A stretch of DNA of 64,000 nt from assembly GCA_037137655.1 (NCBI GenBank), contig JBAXJX010000001.1:417624-481623 (forward strand), in the 5' to 3' direction. Position numbers and translations under genes: made by a program. Below, piece by piece: positions 41,001 through 52,429 of this stretch. Under the pieces are notes generated by a model that was given only the letters and a program-made list of their open reading frames with translations, made no database searches and was not told the DNA's origin. The stretch's first letter is position 1. Each line of letters starts with the position of its first letter. Source of the stretch: Candidatus Falkowbacteria bacterium (lineage in GTDB: Bacteria > Patescibacteriota > Patescibacteriia > Patescibacteriales > UBA12465).

Positions 41001-41200
41001 AATTTTAATAAAAAAAACTGGCTTACCTTAGAAAACCAGCAAACAAAAAATAAAAAAATAACAATTTACTCAAATCCGATATTTTATTCTATTTTTGTTT
41101 ACCTCCTAAAATTTACACTAATTTCGTTGAGGCACTTTCTCATTATAAAATGAGAGTTGCCAAAACGATCAAATGTAACTATTTTTTATATACAAACATT

Positions 41201-41545
41201 TTACTGCATTTTTATCTCTACGTCAACCCCTGCCGGTAAATTTAAGTTAGTTAAATCTTCAATAGTCTTTTGGCTTGGTTCAACGATATCAATCAATCTC
41301 TTATGTACACGAATTTCGTACTGATCACGGGCATTTTTATGCACGAAAGTTGATCGGTTAACAGTGTACTTAGTCTTCTCTGTTGGAAGTGGTATTGGAC
41401 CAAAAATTTGAGCATCGCTTCTTAGGGCAGTCTCAATAATAGTCTTAGTTGATTGATCAATTACTTTGTGATCAAAGGCTTTGATCTTGATACGAATTCT
41501 TTGTTTTTCGTTTTCTTCTTTTTTTGTCTTTTTACTTTCGGGCAT
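41201..41545 (-). CDS. rpsJ: 30S ribosomal protein S10 (NusE)
   Basis: [25 protein letters not shown]; start placed at MPESKK. Confidence 0.96.
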   Translation of the reverse strand: MPESKKTKKEENEKQRIRIKIKAFDHKVIDQSTKTIIETALRSDAQIFGPIPLPTEKTKYTVNRSTFVHKNARDQYEIRVHKRLIDIVEPSQKTIEDLTNLNLPAGVDVEIKMQ

Positions 41546-41628
41546 ATTATTTTTTGTGGCGCAATCATGCGCTTTTTTTAAATAAACAAGACAATCTCGG
41601 CAAAGTCTCCCTTGCCGAGACAACTTAT

Positions 41629-42816
41629 TTATTTGATAATTTTAACGATAACACCGGCACCAACTGTGCGTCCGCCTTCACGAATAGCGAATCTTTGTTT
41701 TTCGGACAAAGCGATTGGAGACATTAATTTAACAATTAAGTTAACTGTATCACCAGGCATAACCATTTCAGTTCCAGCTGGTAAAGTGATATCACCAGTT
41801 ACATCAGTAGTTCTAATGTAGAACTGTGGTTTGTAACCATTGAAGAAAGGTTTGTGACGTCCGCCTTCATCTTTAGATAAGATGTAAACTTCAGCTTCAA
41901 ATTCAGTATGAGGAGTGATAGTTCCAGTTTTAGCTAAAACTTGACCACGTTCAACTTCATCTTTCTTAGTACCGCGTAAAAGTAAACCAGCGTTATCACC
42001 AGCCATACCTTCTGTTAACTGTTTGTTAAACATTTCGATACCAGTGATAGTAGTTTTCTTTGTATCCATCAAACCAACGATTTCAACTTCTTCACCGATT
42101 TTGATTTGACCTTTTTCAATACGACCAGTTACAACAGTACCACGGCCTTCAATTGAAAAGATATCTTCGATCGGCATTAAGAATGTTTCATCTAAAGCAC
42201 GAACTGGTTCTGGAATGTATTCATCAACAGCTTTCAATAAATCTAATACTGGTTGAGAATCTGGACCACTTGGGTTTTCCAAAGCTTTCAAAGCTGAACC
42301 ACGGATAATTGGAGTAGTATCTCCAGGGAAATCGTATTTCTTTAATAAATCACGGATTTCTTCTTCCACTAGATCGATTAATTCCTTATCTTCAACCATA
42401 TCACATTTGTTTAAGAAAACAACGATATATGGTACACCAACTTGACGAGCTAAAAGGATGTGTTCACGAGTTTGAGGCATAGGGCCATCAGTCGCAGCTA
42501 CCACTAAGATAGCGCCATCCATTTGAGCCGCACCAGTGATCATGTTTTTAACATAATCGGCGTGACCAGGACAATCAACGTGAGCATAATGTCTATGTTC
42601 AGTTTCGTACTCTTGGTGAGAAGTCGCAATAGTAATACCACGAGCTTTTTCTTCTGGAGCGTTGTCGATATCGTCAACGTTCTTGTTAGTTGCCTTCATG
42701 CCATGAGCATTAGACACAGCTAAGATAGCTGCTGTTAAGGTAGTTTTGCCGTGATCAACGTGGCCAATTGTGCCGATGTTGACATGGGGTTTCGTTCTTT
42801 GAAATACTTCTGCCAT
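41629..42816 (-). CDS. tuf: Elongation factor Tu
   Basis: [28 protein letters not shown]. Confidence 0.98.
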   Translation of the reverse strand: MAEVFQRTKPHVNIGTIGHVDHGKTTLTAAILAVSNAHGMKATNKNVDDIDNAPEEKARGITIATSHQEYETEHRHYAHVDCPGHADYVKNMITGAAQMDGAILVVAATDGPMPQTREHILLARQVGVPYIVVFLNKCDMVEDKELIDLVEEEIRDLLKKYDFPGDTTPIIRGSALKALENPSGPDSQPVLDLLKAVDEYIPEPVRALDETFLMPIEDIFSIEGRGTVVTGRIEKGQIKIGEEVEIVGLMDTKKTTITGIEMFNKQLTEGMAGDNAGLLLRGTKKDEVERGQVLAKTGTITPHTEFEAEVYILSKDEGGRHKPFFNGYKPQFYIRTTDVTGDITLPAGTEMVMPGDTVNLIVKLMSPIALSEKQRFAIREGGRTVGAGVIVKIIK

Positions 42817-42913
42817 TTTTTTAAAATTAACGACCTCCTCTTACGAGAAGTTATTTGCCACTTTAAAAAGCAACCAGTCGTTGTAATTAATTATTTTAAT
42901 TTATAACTTAAAC

Positions 42914-43249
42914 TTAATCTTCAGAATCAGCGGCCTTTCGAACATCTCCTGGAATTTTCCAGTTATTTTTCTGCTGATTCTCAATTATTTGGGCGCTAGA
43001 ATAGATGTTATCTTCCTGAAAGTTCTTTTCAGTTTTCCACATCTTTTCACCGCTATCTATTTTATCAGTTGTTGACGTGCTTGTCAAGACCTTTTTATCG
43101 GAAATTACGGGTGATGGGCTCAATATTTTTTCATATTGTTCGATATCCATCACGACATATGACTTGTCACTATCAACTGGATCAAAAACGATAATTCTGT
43201 CGCCAGTTCTCTTCACTAAACTAAGTATTTTTTGCAGTTGATTATTCAT
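42914..43249 (-). CDS. Hypothetical protein between fusA and tuf (N-terminus reminiscent of the Phd/YefM fold)
   Basis: 111-aa ORF; TGDRIIV...YVVMDIEQYEKI. Confidence 0.7.
   Translation of the reverse strand: MNNQLQKILSLVKRTGDRIIVFDPVDSDKSYVVMDIEQYEKILSPSPVISDKKVLTSTSTTDKIDSGEKMWKTEKNFQEDNIYSSAQIIENQQKNNWKIPGDVRKAADSED
43059..43087 (-). promoter_or_regulatory. Candidate internal promoter for tuf-rpsJ
   Basis: Minus strand TTGACA-17nt(ending TGA)-TAAAAT inside the upstream ORF. Confidence 0.6.
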
Positions 43250-43314
43250 AATTTTAATCTTATTTTCGGACTAAAACTTTAGCAAGCAAAAAACTGTAAG
43301 TCAAGTTTGGCTTA

Positions 43315-45396
43315 TTACTTACCAGCCTTCTCCTTGATTTGCTCTAACACATTTCTTGGAACTTCACTATATTTAGAAAATTCCATACTGTAGTTAGCGC
43401 GACCTTGACTCATGGAACGTAAAGATGTGGAGTAACCAAACATTTCAGCTAGCGGCACATGAGCTTTAACGACTTTAACGTTAGCGCGATCCAACATTTC
43501 ATCAATTTGACCACGTTTTGAATTTAAGTCACCAATGATATTACCCATATATTCTTCTGGAGTAGTAACCTCCACTTTCATAACTGGTTCTAACAAAATT
43601 GGTTTAGCTTTTTGACAAGCATCTTTGAAACCAAAGATACCGGCCATTTTAAAGGCTAATTCAGAAGAATCGACATCATGGTAAGAACCGTCAAAAACAG
43701 TAACTTTAACATCCACAATTGGATAACCGGCTACTACACCGCTAGGGATAGCTTCTTTAATACCTTTTTCAATCGCTGGGATAAATTCACGTGGAATTGC
43801 ACCACCCTTAACTTCATCTTTGAATTCCCAATTACCAGTACCGTCAACAATTGGCTCAACCCGTAACCAACAATCACCATATTGACCACGACCACCAGAT
43901 TGCTTAACGTATTTACCTTGAGCTTCAGCACTTTGGGTAATTGTTTCACGATAAGAAACTTGTGGCTTACCAACATTAGCTTCCACACCGAATTCACGTT
44001 TCATACGATCAACGATAATTTCCAAATGTAATTCACCCATACCGGAAATAAGAGTTTGACTGGTCTCTTCGTCAGTTTCAACTCTAAAGGTTGGATCTTC
44101 TTCAGCTAAACGAGATAAAGCCACGCCCATTTTTTCTTGGTCAGCTTTTGTCTTTGGTTCAACTGCAATCTTAATAACTGGATCTGGGAATTTAATTGAT
44201 TCAAGTAATACTGGGTTACTTTCAGCACATAAAGTGTTTCCAGTTGTAGTATCTTTCAAACCAATAACAGCCGCGATATCACCAGCGTAAATTTCTTTAA
44301 TTTCTTCACGGTGATTAGCGTGCATACGAACTAAACGACCAACACGTTCTTTAGTTCCGGAAGAAGAGTTAATGATATATGAACCTGATTGTAAAACACC
44401 TTGATAAACACGAACGAAACATAATTTACCCACAAAAGGATCAGTCGCAATTTTAAAAGCTAAACCGATAAATGGAGCGTTGTCGTCAGGTTTAACAGTT
44501 GTAACCTTAGTTTCATCACGAACATCAGTCGCTTCAATTTTTTCTAAATCAAGTGGTGATGGTAAATAGTCACAAACTGCATCTAAAACTAATTGAACAC
44601 CGATATTTTGCAAAGCTGTACCACATAAAACTGGATAACCAGCATTATCAATAACACCTTTACGTAAAGCATCTTTTAATTCTACTAGAGAAATTTCTTC
44701 TCCGTTTAAATATTTTTCAGTTAGAGCATCATCAAATTCCACAATTCTATCAACAGCGATAGAGCGGTGTTTAGCCACCACTTCTTTCATATCTTCTGGA
44801 ATAGCAATTTCTTCAATTTTTTCTCCAAACGCACCTTCAAATTTAAAAGCTTTATTTTGCAATAAATCAACCACGCCGGATAAATCATTTTCGGCACCGA
44901 TTGGTAATTGAATCGCAAAAGCTTTAGCATTCAAACGAGTTTGAATAGAATTTAAACTCATATAAAAATCAGCTCCCATTTTATCCATCTTATTGATGAA
45001 GCATAAACGTGGAACATGATATTTATCAGCTTGACGCCACACAGTTTCAGATTGTGGTTCAACACCAGCTTGACCATCGAACACAGCCACCGCACCGTCT
45101 AACACACGTAAAGAGCGTTCTACTTCCACGGTAAAGTCTACGTGACCAGGAGTATCAATGATGTTAATTTTGTTATCTTGCCAAAAACAAGTAGTCGCCG
45201 CGGAAGTAATTGTAATACCACGTTCTTTTTCTTGTTCCATCCAATCCATTTCAGCAGCACCTTCGTGCACTTCACCGATTTTATGCTTTTTACCAGTGTA
45301 AAAAAGCACACGTTCGGTAAAAGTAGTTTTACCGGCATCGATGTGGGCCATGATACCGATGTTTCGTATTTTATCCAAAGAATAATCTCGAGCCAT
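43315..45396 (-). CDS. fusA: Elongation factor G
   Basis: [24 protein letters not shown]. Confidence 0.98.
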   Translation of the reverse strand: MARDYSLDKIRNIGIMAHIDAGKTTFTERVLFYTGKKHKIGEVHEGAAEMDWMEQEKERGITITSAATTCFWQDNKINIIDTPGHVDFTVEVERSLRVLDGAVAVFDGQAGVEPQSETVWRQADKYHVPRLCFINKMDKMGADFYMSLNSIQTRLNAKAFAIQLPIGAENDLSGVVDLLQNKAFKFEGAFGEKIEEIAIPEDMKEVVAKHRSIAVDRIVEFDDALTEKYLNGEEISLVELKDALRKGVIDNAGYPVLCGTALQNIGVQLVLDAVCDYLPSPLDLEKIEATDVRDETKVTTVKPDDNAPFIGLAFKIATDPFVGKLCFVRVYQGVLQSGSYIINSSSGTKERVGRLVRMHANHREEIKEIYAGDIAAVIGLKDTTTGNTLCAESNPVLLESIKFPDPVIKIAVEPKTKADQEKMGVALSRLAEEDPTFRVETDEETSQTLISGMGELHLEIIVDRMKREFGVEANVGKPQVSYRETITQSAEAQGKYVKQSGGRGQYGDCWLRVEPIVDGTGNWEFKDEVKGGAIPREFIPAIEKGIKEAIPSGVVAGYPIVDVKVTVFDGSYHDVDSSELAFKMAGIFGFKDACQKAKPILLEPVMKVEVTTPEEYMGNIIGDLNSKRGQIDEMLDRANVKVVKAHVPLAEMFGYSTSLRSMSQGRANYSMEFSKYSEVPRNVLEQIKEKAGK

Positions 45397-45482
45397 ATGA
45401 ATTTTGATTATTTATTTTAATTTAAACTATTTATTTTATACGCAAAAATTTTAGCTGAAGTAGCTAAAATTTTTGAAAAGTA

Positions 45483-45950
45483 TTATCGGGAGAAATGAGC
45501 AAAAGCTTTATTAGCCTCAGCCATACGATGAACTGCTTCACGTTTTTTAATCGCGTTACCTTCACCATTGCTAGCGTCAAATATTTCAGCGGCTAATTTT
45601 TCTTCCATCGAATGTCCACGACGTTCATGAGCAGCAGTAATCATCCATTGACAACCAAGGTAGAAACGTCTTTCACCACGAACCTGAACCGGAACTTGAT
45701 AGTTAGCACCACCAACGCGACGACCACGAACTTCAATAAGTGGAGAAACTTTTTTAATCGCTTTGTTAAAAATGTGGCGTGGATCTTGTTTAGTTTTATC
45801 TTTTATAATATTAAAAGACTCATAAACGATGTGTTCAGCTGTATTTTTCTTACCGTCTTCCATTATATAATTAATGAATTTGGCAATACTTTTATCGTTA
45901 TATTTTAAGTCCCCTTCACTTTTTCTTTTGGGAGCCTGTTTTCCTCTCAT
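45483..45950 (-). CDS. rpsG: 30S ribosomal protein S7
   Basis: RRVGGANYQVP, MAEANKAFAHF. Confidence 0.97.
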   Translation of the reverse strand: MRGKQAPKRKSEGDLKYNDKSIAKFINYIMEDGKKNTAEHIVYESFNIIKDKTKQDPRHIFNKAIKKVSPLIEVRGRRVGGANYQVPVQVRGERRFYLGCQWMITAAHERRGHSMEEKLAAEIFDASNGEGNAIKKREAVHRMAEANKAFAHFSR

Positions 45951-46020
45951 AATTTTTAATTAATAGCAATATTCAGCTACAAATAAGCTATAAAACTTTA
46001 TTAATATTTTATAATTTTAA

Positions 46021-46440
46021 TTATTTCTTAGGTTTCTTATTACCATAACGACTTCTTCCTTTACGGCGAGCCTCAACACCTTGGGTATCATAAACACCAC
46101 GAATAATCTTGTAGCGAACACCCGGTAAATCTTTAGTTTTTCCACCTTTTACCAAAACAATTGAGTGTTCTTGTAAATTGTGTCCCATACCTGGAATGTA
46201 ACAAGTAACTTCCATACCATTAGACAAACGAACACGAGCGATTTTACGTAACGCGGAGTTCGGTTTCTTTGGAGTCATTGTTGTCACCTTCAAACAAACA
46301 CCTTGTTTAAATGGGGCGCCTTTGGCATCAACTTTCTTCTTGCGATGTAAACTATCGAAACGAGTATGTAAGGCTAAATTTTTAGCTCTCACTGCCTTCG
46401 GCTTTCTTGGCTTACGAACTAATTGGTTCATTGTTGGCAT
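46021..46440 (-). CDS. rpsL: 30S ribosomal protein S12
   Basis: [25 protein letters not shown]. Confidence 0.97.
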   Translation of the reverse strand: MPTMNQLVRKPRKPKAVRAKNLALHTRFDSLHRKKKVDAKGAPFKQGVCLKVTTMTPKKPNSALRKIARVRLSNGMEVTCYIPGMGHNLQEHSIVLVKGGKTKDLPGVRYKIIRGVYDTQGVEARRKGRSRYGNKKPKK

Positions 46441-46605
46441 AAAAAAATGCTAAAAAGCGAATTATAGCTATAATAATTCGGTTTATTTTTCATTATTTCA
46501 CCTGAAATTTCAGGTCATTTATTATTACTAAATCAAATTTAACAAAAACTCTTGATAAAGTCAAGAGTTTTCTAAAAATCATTAATATTTTTTAGAGTGT
46601 GGCGT

Positions 46606-47037
46606 CTAGACAAAATACCAAACCACGAATAAGGACAAGCAAATTATCAATTCCAATCTGGAACGATAACCAACAAAGCCGTGCGTATTAAATTTTTTCC
46701 ATGGAAAAAAAGGATGAAAATCGGAATCATCAAGCGCGTCTAACAAAAAATGACTCAAATAACCAAGCATAAAAACAGCACCAGTCCGCACACTGAACAT
46801 GGCCACAATACCTGACAATATAATTAGAGCAAAAAAACTATGCAGAATACTGCGGTTAGTATCATCAGCGCTGTTAGCTGTTTTCCAAATTTCTTTAAAG
46901 TTAAAAATTATTTTATTTTTAACATATGGAATAAGATGATCAATATCGATTGCTGTTGAGCTAATAATGGCGGTCGGGTAATCACCTGTAATTTTGCCGA
47001 TAATTAACCCGGCTGCTAAATGGGTAGTTGAGTACAT
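46606..47037 (-). CDS. YdjM-like membrane-bound metal-dependent hydrolase
   Basis: TH, DIDH, RSILHS and SHFLLD motifs. Confidence 0.8.
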   Translation of the reverse strand: MYSTTHLAAGLIIGKITGDYPTAIISSTAIDIDHLIPYVKNKIIFNFKEIWKTANSADDTNRSILHSFFALIILSGIVAMFSVRTGAVFMLGYLSHFLLDALDDSDFHPFFPWKKFNTHGFVGYRSRLELIICLSLFVVWYFV

Positions 47038-47042
47038 ATTTT

Positions 47043-47645
47043 TTAAAAAAGATTAACGCCAGTAATCAGGCTAAATAAAAATGAAATTATCGGAGAAATA
47101 AAAGCGAAGCCAAATAATACAAACAATAAAACTAAAAACATGCCATATCTTTCTAGTTGATAAAACTTCTCTTGCAAATTATAAGGTAAAAAGGCGGCCA
47201 AAATCCGAGAACCATCGAGTGGTGGAATTGGGACAAGATTAAAAATAGCTAGGCATAGGTTGATTTGCACAATCAACGCTAAGAAAGGATGCAAATTGGA
47301 ATATGGTAAAAATCTAAAAAGTAATCCAAAGGCGATGGCCATAGCCAGGTTAACACCAGGGCCAGCAATTGCCACTTTTAATTCCCCGTATTTTTTGTCG
47401 CTAAAATTGTAAGGATTAATTGGAACTGGTTTTGCCCAAGCAAATAAAAAGCCGGCACCAGATAAAAGCATTAAGGCTGGCATCAAAATTGAGCCAATTG
47501 GATCGATGTGTGGAATCGGATTGAGCGTTAAGCGCCCCGCATCCTTCGCTGTATGGTCGCCCAAAGTAAAAGCCACATAACCATGCATATATTCATGAAT
47601 TATGGCGGAAAATATCAAAATTATGATTAAAAAAATTTGTTCCAT
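47043..47645 (-). CDS. Site-2 protease (peptidase M50)
   Basis: HEYMH, AGP and FNLVPIPPLDG motifs. Confidence 0.92.
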   Translation of the reverse strand: MEQIFLIIILIFSAIIHEYMHGYVAFTLGDHTAKDAGRLTLNPIPHIDPIGSILMPALMLLSGAGFLFAWAKPVPINPYNFSDKKYGELKVAIAGPGVNLAMAIAFGLLFRFLPYSNLHPFLALIVQINLCLAIFNLVPIPPLDGSRILAAFLPYNLQEKFYQLERYGMFLVLLFVLFGFAFISPIISFLFSLITGVNLF

Positions 47646-47746
47646 AAAGATATGATAGCATGTCTTGATTTTTTTATCAAAGGGTGTTATGATAATAGAA
47701 AATAAAAATAATTCCAGCCCAGACCAATCCGGGCTTTTTAAAATCT

Positions 47747-47959
47747 ATGTCAAAAAAATGTGATTTGTGTGAGCGCGTAGCCACTCGTGGCGCAACCCGT
47801 TCCCACTCAAAGGTTAGAACTTTAAAGAGACAAGGCATCAACTTACAACCCCGCGCAATCGGTGGTATCAAAGTTAAACTTTGTACTTCTTGTTTGCGTA
47901 CAATGACTAAAGACGACAGAATGGCTGAAAAGAAAGCCGCTCAACCAGCCAAGAAATAA
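47747..47959 (+). CDS. rpmB: 50S ribosomal protein L28
   Basis: CDLC...RSHS...INLQ...CTSCLRT; terminator at 47974-48006. Confidence 0.9.
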   Translation: MSKKCDLCERVATRGATRSHSKVRTLKRQGINLQPRAIGGIKVKLCTSCLRTMTKDDRMAEKKAAQPAKK

Positions 47960-48053
47960 TCTTTTTATATTTCAAAAAACACTCCGAGAAATTGGAGTGT
48001 TTTTTTATGTGTCATTTATAATTTAATTTTAAAACTATAGTTTTGTATTAATA

Positions 48054-49367
48054 CTATTTTGTCACATTATATAAATTATTAACTTCAGAATCAGATAAAG
48101 ATCTGTTATAAATTTCTAATTCACCGATTTTTCCGCTAAATGTTTGTGCTGCGGTCGCACCGGGACGACGACGACCGATTTCTAAATTAAGATTATTTAA
48201 GATCGGAGATGTTATTGAATTTGAATTATCAGTTAAAACACCATCAATATAAATTTTAGCATTAGTAGAGGCACCGTTTAGCACGACAACAATGTTATGC
48301 CAAGTGCTTAAAGGGATGGTAATACCTGACGTTAAGACACTCTGATTTGAAACTATATAAGGTTTACCAATATTTGCTGTGCCAGCCAAAATAATTTCCC
48401 AACCACTACCCATTTCATAATATCCTTTATTTACTAATACCGGATAACCACCAGTATTTACAACATCAGCATATATCCAAGTACTTATAGTCATATTAGA
48501 ATAATTAAAAGCGCTAGTGTTGTTTGTGTACAAATAAGTACTACCACCAAAGCTAACGGCTGGCCGACCAGCCACACTCGACATATAGACTGGTTGATAA
48601 CCGCCAGCGTCCTGAATAGCATTATAACCATTACCACTTAAATCATTCCATCCAGTAACATAGTTTCCAGTAGTGGTCGCAACTTGACTAGCAGCATTTA
48701 AATAAAAGACTAAACCGGAAATTGTTGCCGCACCGCCAGTCGCCGCCGCGACACATGTCCCGCCAATACAATAAGTTCCGCTAGCACAATTAGCGTTACG
48801 AGAACAATAAGTCCCACCAATACAAGCATTTTGCGCAAAAGTTCCATCACAGCCCTGACAACATGGCAAAGCGGCATTTGTACAAGAACAACCACCAGCA
48901 GCTAACAAAATAGAATTACCAGAACCAATGTAAGATATTCCAATTGGTGAAGCGGCATTTACGCCAGCACGAGTTGTGCCAGTCGGGCCACCCAAGCAAA
49001 AAGATAAGGAATATGTTGCGCCATCATTAGAAGTATAAGTGTAATTATTATCTGCGGTGGCACAAGTATTATCATTAGGAGTTGGGGCAACTGGGATTTT
49101 AGCCATATAAGTGGTGGTACCATTAGTGGTAGTGGAAAAAATTGATCCAGCATTAAATTCGGCGGTAGTTGGATATCTTTGTTGATCATTAAAAAATAAT
49201 TCCAGCGCTGTTTGCACTTGTTTCACGTCAGCAATACGCCGTGCGTCACGGGCTTTGGCTCGGGCATTTTGTAAAGCGACCACGGCGATGGTGGCTAAGA
49301 TACCGATGATAGCAATGACAACTAAAAGTTCAATTAAGGTAAAACCACTTCTCTTTTTATAAATCAT
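48054..49367 (-). CDS. Type IV pilin-like protein with a Cys-rich linker and LamG domain
   Basis: KKRSG|FTLIELL; WNDLSGNG, WHNIVVV, FSGKIGELEIYNRSLS. Confidence 0.9.
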   Translation of the reverse strand: MIYKKRSGFTLIELLVVIAIIGILATIAVVALQNARAKARDARRIADVKQVQTALELFFNDQQRYPTTAEFNAGSIFSTTTNGTTTYMAKIPVAPTPNDNTCATADNNYTYTSNDGATYSLSFCLGGPTGTTRAGVNAASPIGISYIGSGNSILLAAGGCSCTNAALPCCQGCDGTFAQNACIGGTYCSRNANCASGTYCIGGTCVAAATGGAATISGLVFYLNAASQVATTTGNYVTGWNDLSGNGYNAIQDAGGYQPVYMSSVAGRPAVSFGGSTYLYTNNTSAFNYSNMTISTWIYADVVNTGGYPVLVNKGYYEMGSGWEIILAGTANIGKPYIVSNQSVLTSGITIPLSTWHNIVVVLNGASTNAKIYIDGVLTDNSNSITSPILNNLNLEIGRRRPGATAAQTFSGKIGELEIYNRSLSDSEVNNLYNVTK

Positions 49368-49387
49368 AATATATTTAAATTTTAAAA

Positions 49388-51061
49388 TTAATCTTGAATA
49401 CAGCGAACCGCAGCACCTATAAAACGCCAATCAGCATTAGGAAAACTTAAAACACCACTAGAATAAGAAAATCTCATAAACCAAATTCTAATAGAGTCAA
49501 CTGGATTAGCCGCCATAATCATAGTCATAGTTCCTAAACTATCATAACCACCATTACGATTTCGACCAGCCGGCAAAGCTGTAAAACCAGAAGAGTTATC
49601 GGCGATATTTGTAGCTGCCCAATGAACAGTTCCCGCTTCTTTTAAATGTCCGCCAGCAACTTGAGAGGTGCCTAAATAATTAACCATGGTATTCATCTCT
49701 TGCTCTGATGGAACGTGCCAACCACTCGGACAAATACCTTGAATTTTATGAGTAGCTGGATCTGGGAAATCACACCCAACTTGATCAGTCGAGACACAAT
49801 TACCATTATTAGGCGCACCAGAACAATCATAGGCGCCGACACCATAATTATAAGTAGCCGCATCGCAATTAACAGGTAGCCTCATAACATTAGCCCATTC
49901 ATAAAGACCGCCATAGATTGCACAATTAGCACTATTATTTCCATAACAAAACTTTTGAATAGTGGAGGTTGAGGTTTGACAATACCACCAACCACTTTGG
50001 TTAACACAAGGCGCTGAACTACCGCTATTAATCATAGTTCCAACATTTAAATTCTCCTTTAGCCAGCATTGCGTCCCAATTAACACGGTGTGATATTTTC
50101 CAGCATCCGGGCCACCATCATAAGTAACTTCATCAGTGCCACAAGTAAAACAATTATTACTAATACAATTTTGTCCTGAACCACATGAACCACAGCTAAT
50201 TGTAGCGCCACAATTATCGGTCGTTGTACCACAAGTTTTTCCACTACAACTAGTAACTGGATTGGAAGTACAACCGCACTGCGCGACATTACCGCCACCA
50301 CCACAAGTTTGCGGGGCACTGCATTGAACATGGCTCGGATTATTAACGGTGCCGCCACAACCATCACTTAAAGAAGCACGACAATCACTTGGATCAGCCG
50401 AGGCCGGACTGCAACAAGAATTATTGTAACAAACTTGGGCACCAGAACAATCGACGCCATTACAACTAACACATTGACCGGAATTAGCACTGCAAGTAAA
50501 TGTTCCGGTGCATGCGAGTGGACTCGGATTAGTTAAAGTTAAACCACAATTATTATTATAAGTCGCTCGACAATCACTACCTGGAGCGGCCGTTGGCACG
50601 CAAAGACAACCATTGCCATTGTCAATTCCAGCTGGAGTCGCACAATGCAAACCGGAAATCATGCCACCAACCGAGCCACCGACACAATATTTTATTGAAT
50701 AGGATGTACCATCTATACTTGGCGCGTAAACATAAGAATTATTATCAAAATTAGTACACGCGCCGTCAGCTGGCGCCGGTGGCGTGGGAATGATAGCCAT
50801 GTAAGTAGTTGTGCCTTGGGTGGAAGTGGAAAAGATTTGACCAGAAGAAAATTCCGCCGCGCTTGGATAGCGTTGTTTATCATTGAAAAATAATTCTAAA
50901 GCCGTTTGAGTTTGTTTCACATCTGCGACACGACGAGCGTCACGCGCTTTAGCGCGAGCATTTTGTAAAGCGACAACTGCGATGGTGGCTAAGATGCCAA
51001 TAATGGCAATGACAACTAAAAGTTCGATTAAGGTAAAACCACTTCTCTTTTTACGAAACAT
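49388..51061 (-). CDS. Type IV pilin-like protein with Cys-rich repeats and a Fibrobacter succinogenes major paralog (FISUMP) domain
   Basis: KKRSG|FTLIELL; IGTQCWLKENLNVG, YGGLYEW, ICPSGWHVPS, VRCIQD. Confidence 0.9.
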   Translation of the reverse strand: MFRKKRSGFTLIELLVVIAIIGILATIAVVALQNARAKARDARRVADVKQTQTALELFFNDKQRYPSAAEFSSGQIFSTSTQGTTTYMAIIPTPPAPADGACTNFDNNSYVYAPSIDGTSYSIKYCVGGSVGGMISGLHCATPAGIDNGNGCLCVPTAAPGSDCRATYNNNCGLTLTNPSPLACTGTFTCSANSGQCVSCNGVDCSGAQVCYNNSCCSPASADPSDCRASLSDGCGGTVNNPSHVQCSAPQTCGGGGNVAQCGCTSNPVTSCSGKTCGTTTDNCGATISCGSCGSGQNCISNNCFTCGTDEVTYDGGPDAGKYHTVLIGTQCWLKENLNVGTMINSGSSAPCVNQSGWWYCQTSTSTIQKFCYGNNSANCAIYGGLYEWANVMRLPVNCDAATYNYGVGAYDCSGAPNNGNCVSTDQVGCDFPDPATHKIQGICPSGWHVPSEQEMNTMVNYLGTSQVAGGHLKEAGTVHWAATNIADNSSGFTALPAGRNRNGGYDSLGTMTMIMAANPVDSIRIWFMRFSYSSGVLSFPNADWRFIGAAVRCIQD

Positions 51062-51112
51062 AAAAATGAGTTATTTTATAATATTTTAATTATACCATAA
51101 AAATATAGTGAC

Positions 51113-52369
51113 TTAAAACTTAAGTGCGGCAAACGGCAAGTTGGCAAAAAAGTTGGTCATAATGAAAATATATTTTAGTAGAAAGTATGATGGTAAAAAC
51201 CACAGCGGTGCAAGTGGCGTGTAAATAAATGACAAACTTAGTGCCACTAACGCTAAAATTATTAAGACGGCAAAGACCCAAATAATTAAAGCATTAGCCA
51301 CTGGCGCAATAAGCGATAAACGACCGAAATTAAACACTAAAATCGGCCACGATAATAATTCACAAGCAATAGTCATCACAAAAATATCCATCACTTCCCC
51401 CACTTTTTTCTGCCAAAATTTAGATTTAATTTTAGCAATTAATTTATCACTCCTTTTTTTTAAAACCGGGTAAACATAAATCAGTGCGATGATTGCTAAA
51501 AATGATAACTGGAAACCAACGTCACTTATTAAATAGCGCGGGTTATAAAGCAACATCATCGCCAACGCAAAAAATAATATGCGCGTGATACGCGCTAGTC
51601 GCCCGATATATTTTCCATAAAGTAACAAGCCGCCCATTACCAAGGCGCGCACGGCCGGCGCTTGGCAACCGGTCATCACCACATAAAGAAATAATAATAC
51701 TAACGAACCCCAAAATGATTGGCGGCGGGAAAAAGCGAAAAATAAAAAAATACTATCAATAATTGCCGCCAGCAGCGTAATATGTGAACCGGAAATCGCA
51801 ATAATATGACTAATGCCGATGAGAGAAAATTTATCCAAATCATCTTTACTGACGGTGTATTTATAACCAAGAACCAAAGCATTGGCGAGACCAGATTCTG
51901 GCTCTGACAAAGCTAAATTAATAATATCGAGCGCCCGCTTTTTAAACGCAATTAAATTTCTTTTAAATAACCAAATAATGGATTTTTCCTGACCGATTTT
52001 AGCAATCTTTGGATAATAAGCTAAAAAATAAATTTGCTCTTTAGCGAGATAAGCTGGGTAATCGAAATTTTCAATTTTATCGGGCCGCTGGAGTTTTCCC
52101 GACACAGCCACAATATCACCTGGTAAATATTCTGGATACTTATCCACAGTTAAAAGTATTTTAAAATTATTTTTTCCGACAATAATTTTTTGGTAAGAGT
52201 CGCGCACATCCGGCTCATAAAGCACCACACTTCTTAAATTAATTTTTTTATTATTCAAATCACTAAAAACTTTTTCCGCCGAATGCAAATAAATAAAATA
52301 AAAGCGTAAGGCTAATAAAATTATCAACCCTAACCAAAAAATTATTTCTTTGCGGCGCAATTTAAACAT
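51113..52369 (-). CDS. comEC: ComEC/Rec2 competence channel (no metallo-beta-lactamase domain)
   Basis: GISHIIAISGSH, RALVM, GFQLSF. Confidence 0.9.
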   Translation of the reverse strand: MFKLRRKEIIFWLGLIILLALRFYFIYLHSAEKVFSDLNNKKINLRSVVLYEPDVRDSYQKIIVGKNNFKILLTVDKYPEYLPGDIVAVSGKLQRPDKIENFDYPAYLAKEQIYFLAYYPKIAKIGQEKSIIWLFKRNLIAFKKRALDIINLALSEPESGLANALVLGYKYTVSKDDLDKFSLIGISHIIAISGSHITLLAAIIDSIFLFFAFSRRQSFWGSLVLLFLYVVMTGCQAPAVRALVMGGLLLYGKYIGRLARITRILFFALAMMLLYNPRYLISDVGFQLSFLAIIALIYVYPVLKKRSDKLIAKIKSKFWQKKVGEVMDIFVMTIACELLSWPILVFNFGRLSLIAPVANALIIWVFAVLIILALVALSLSFIYTPLAPLWFLPSYFLLKYIFIMTNFFANLPFAALKF

Positions 52370-52429
52370 AAAAAAATACTAATTGTGACATTAGTATTTT
52401 AAAGAAAGATTATAAAGTTTTTATAAATA

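Noticed and set aside
31599-45908. Many plus-strand ORFs of 60-150 aa opposite ribosomal and translation genes
   Set aside because: Antisense shadows of well-conserved genes with no protein motifs.
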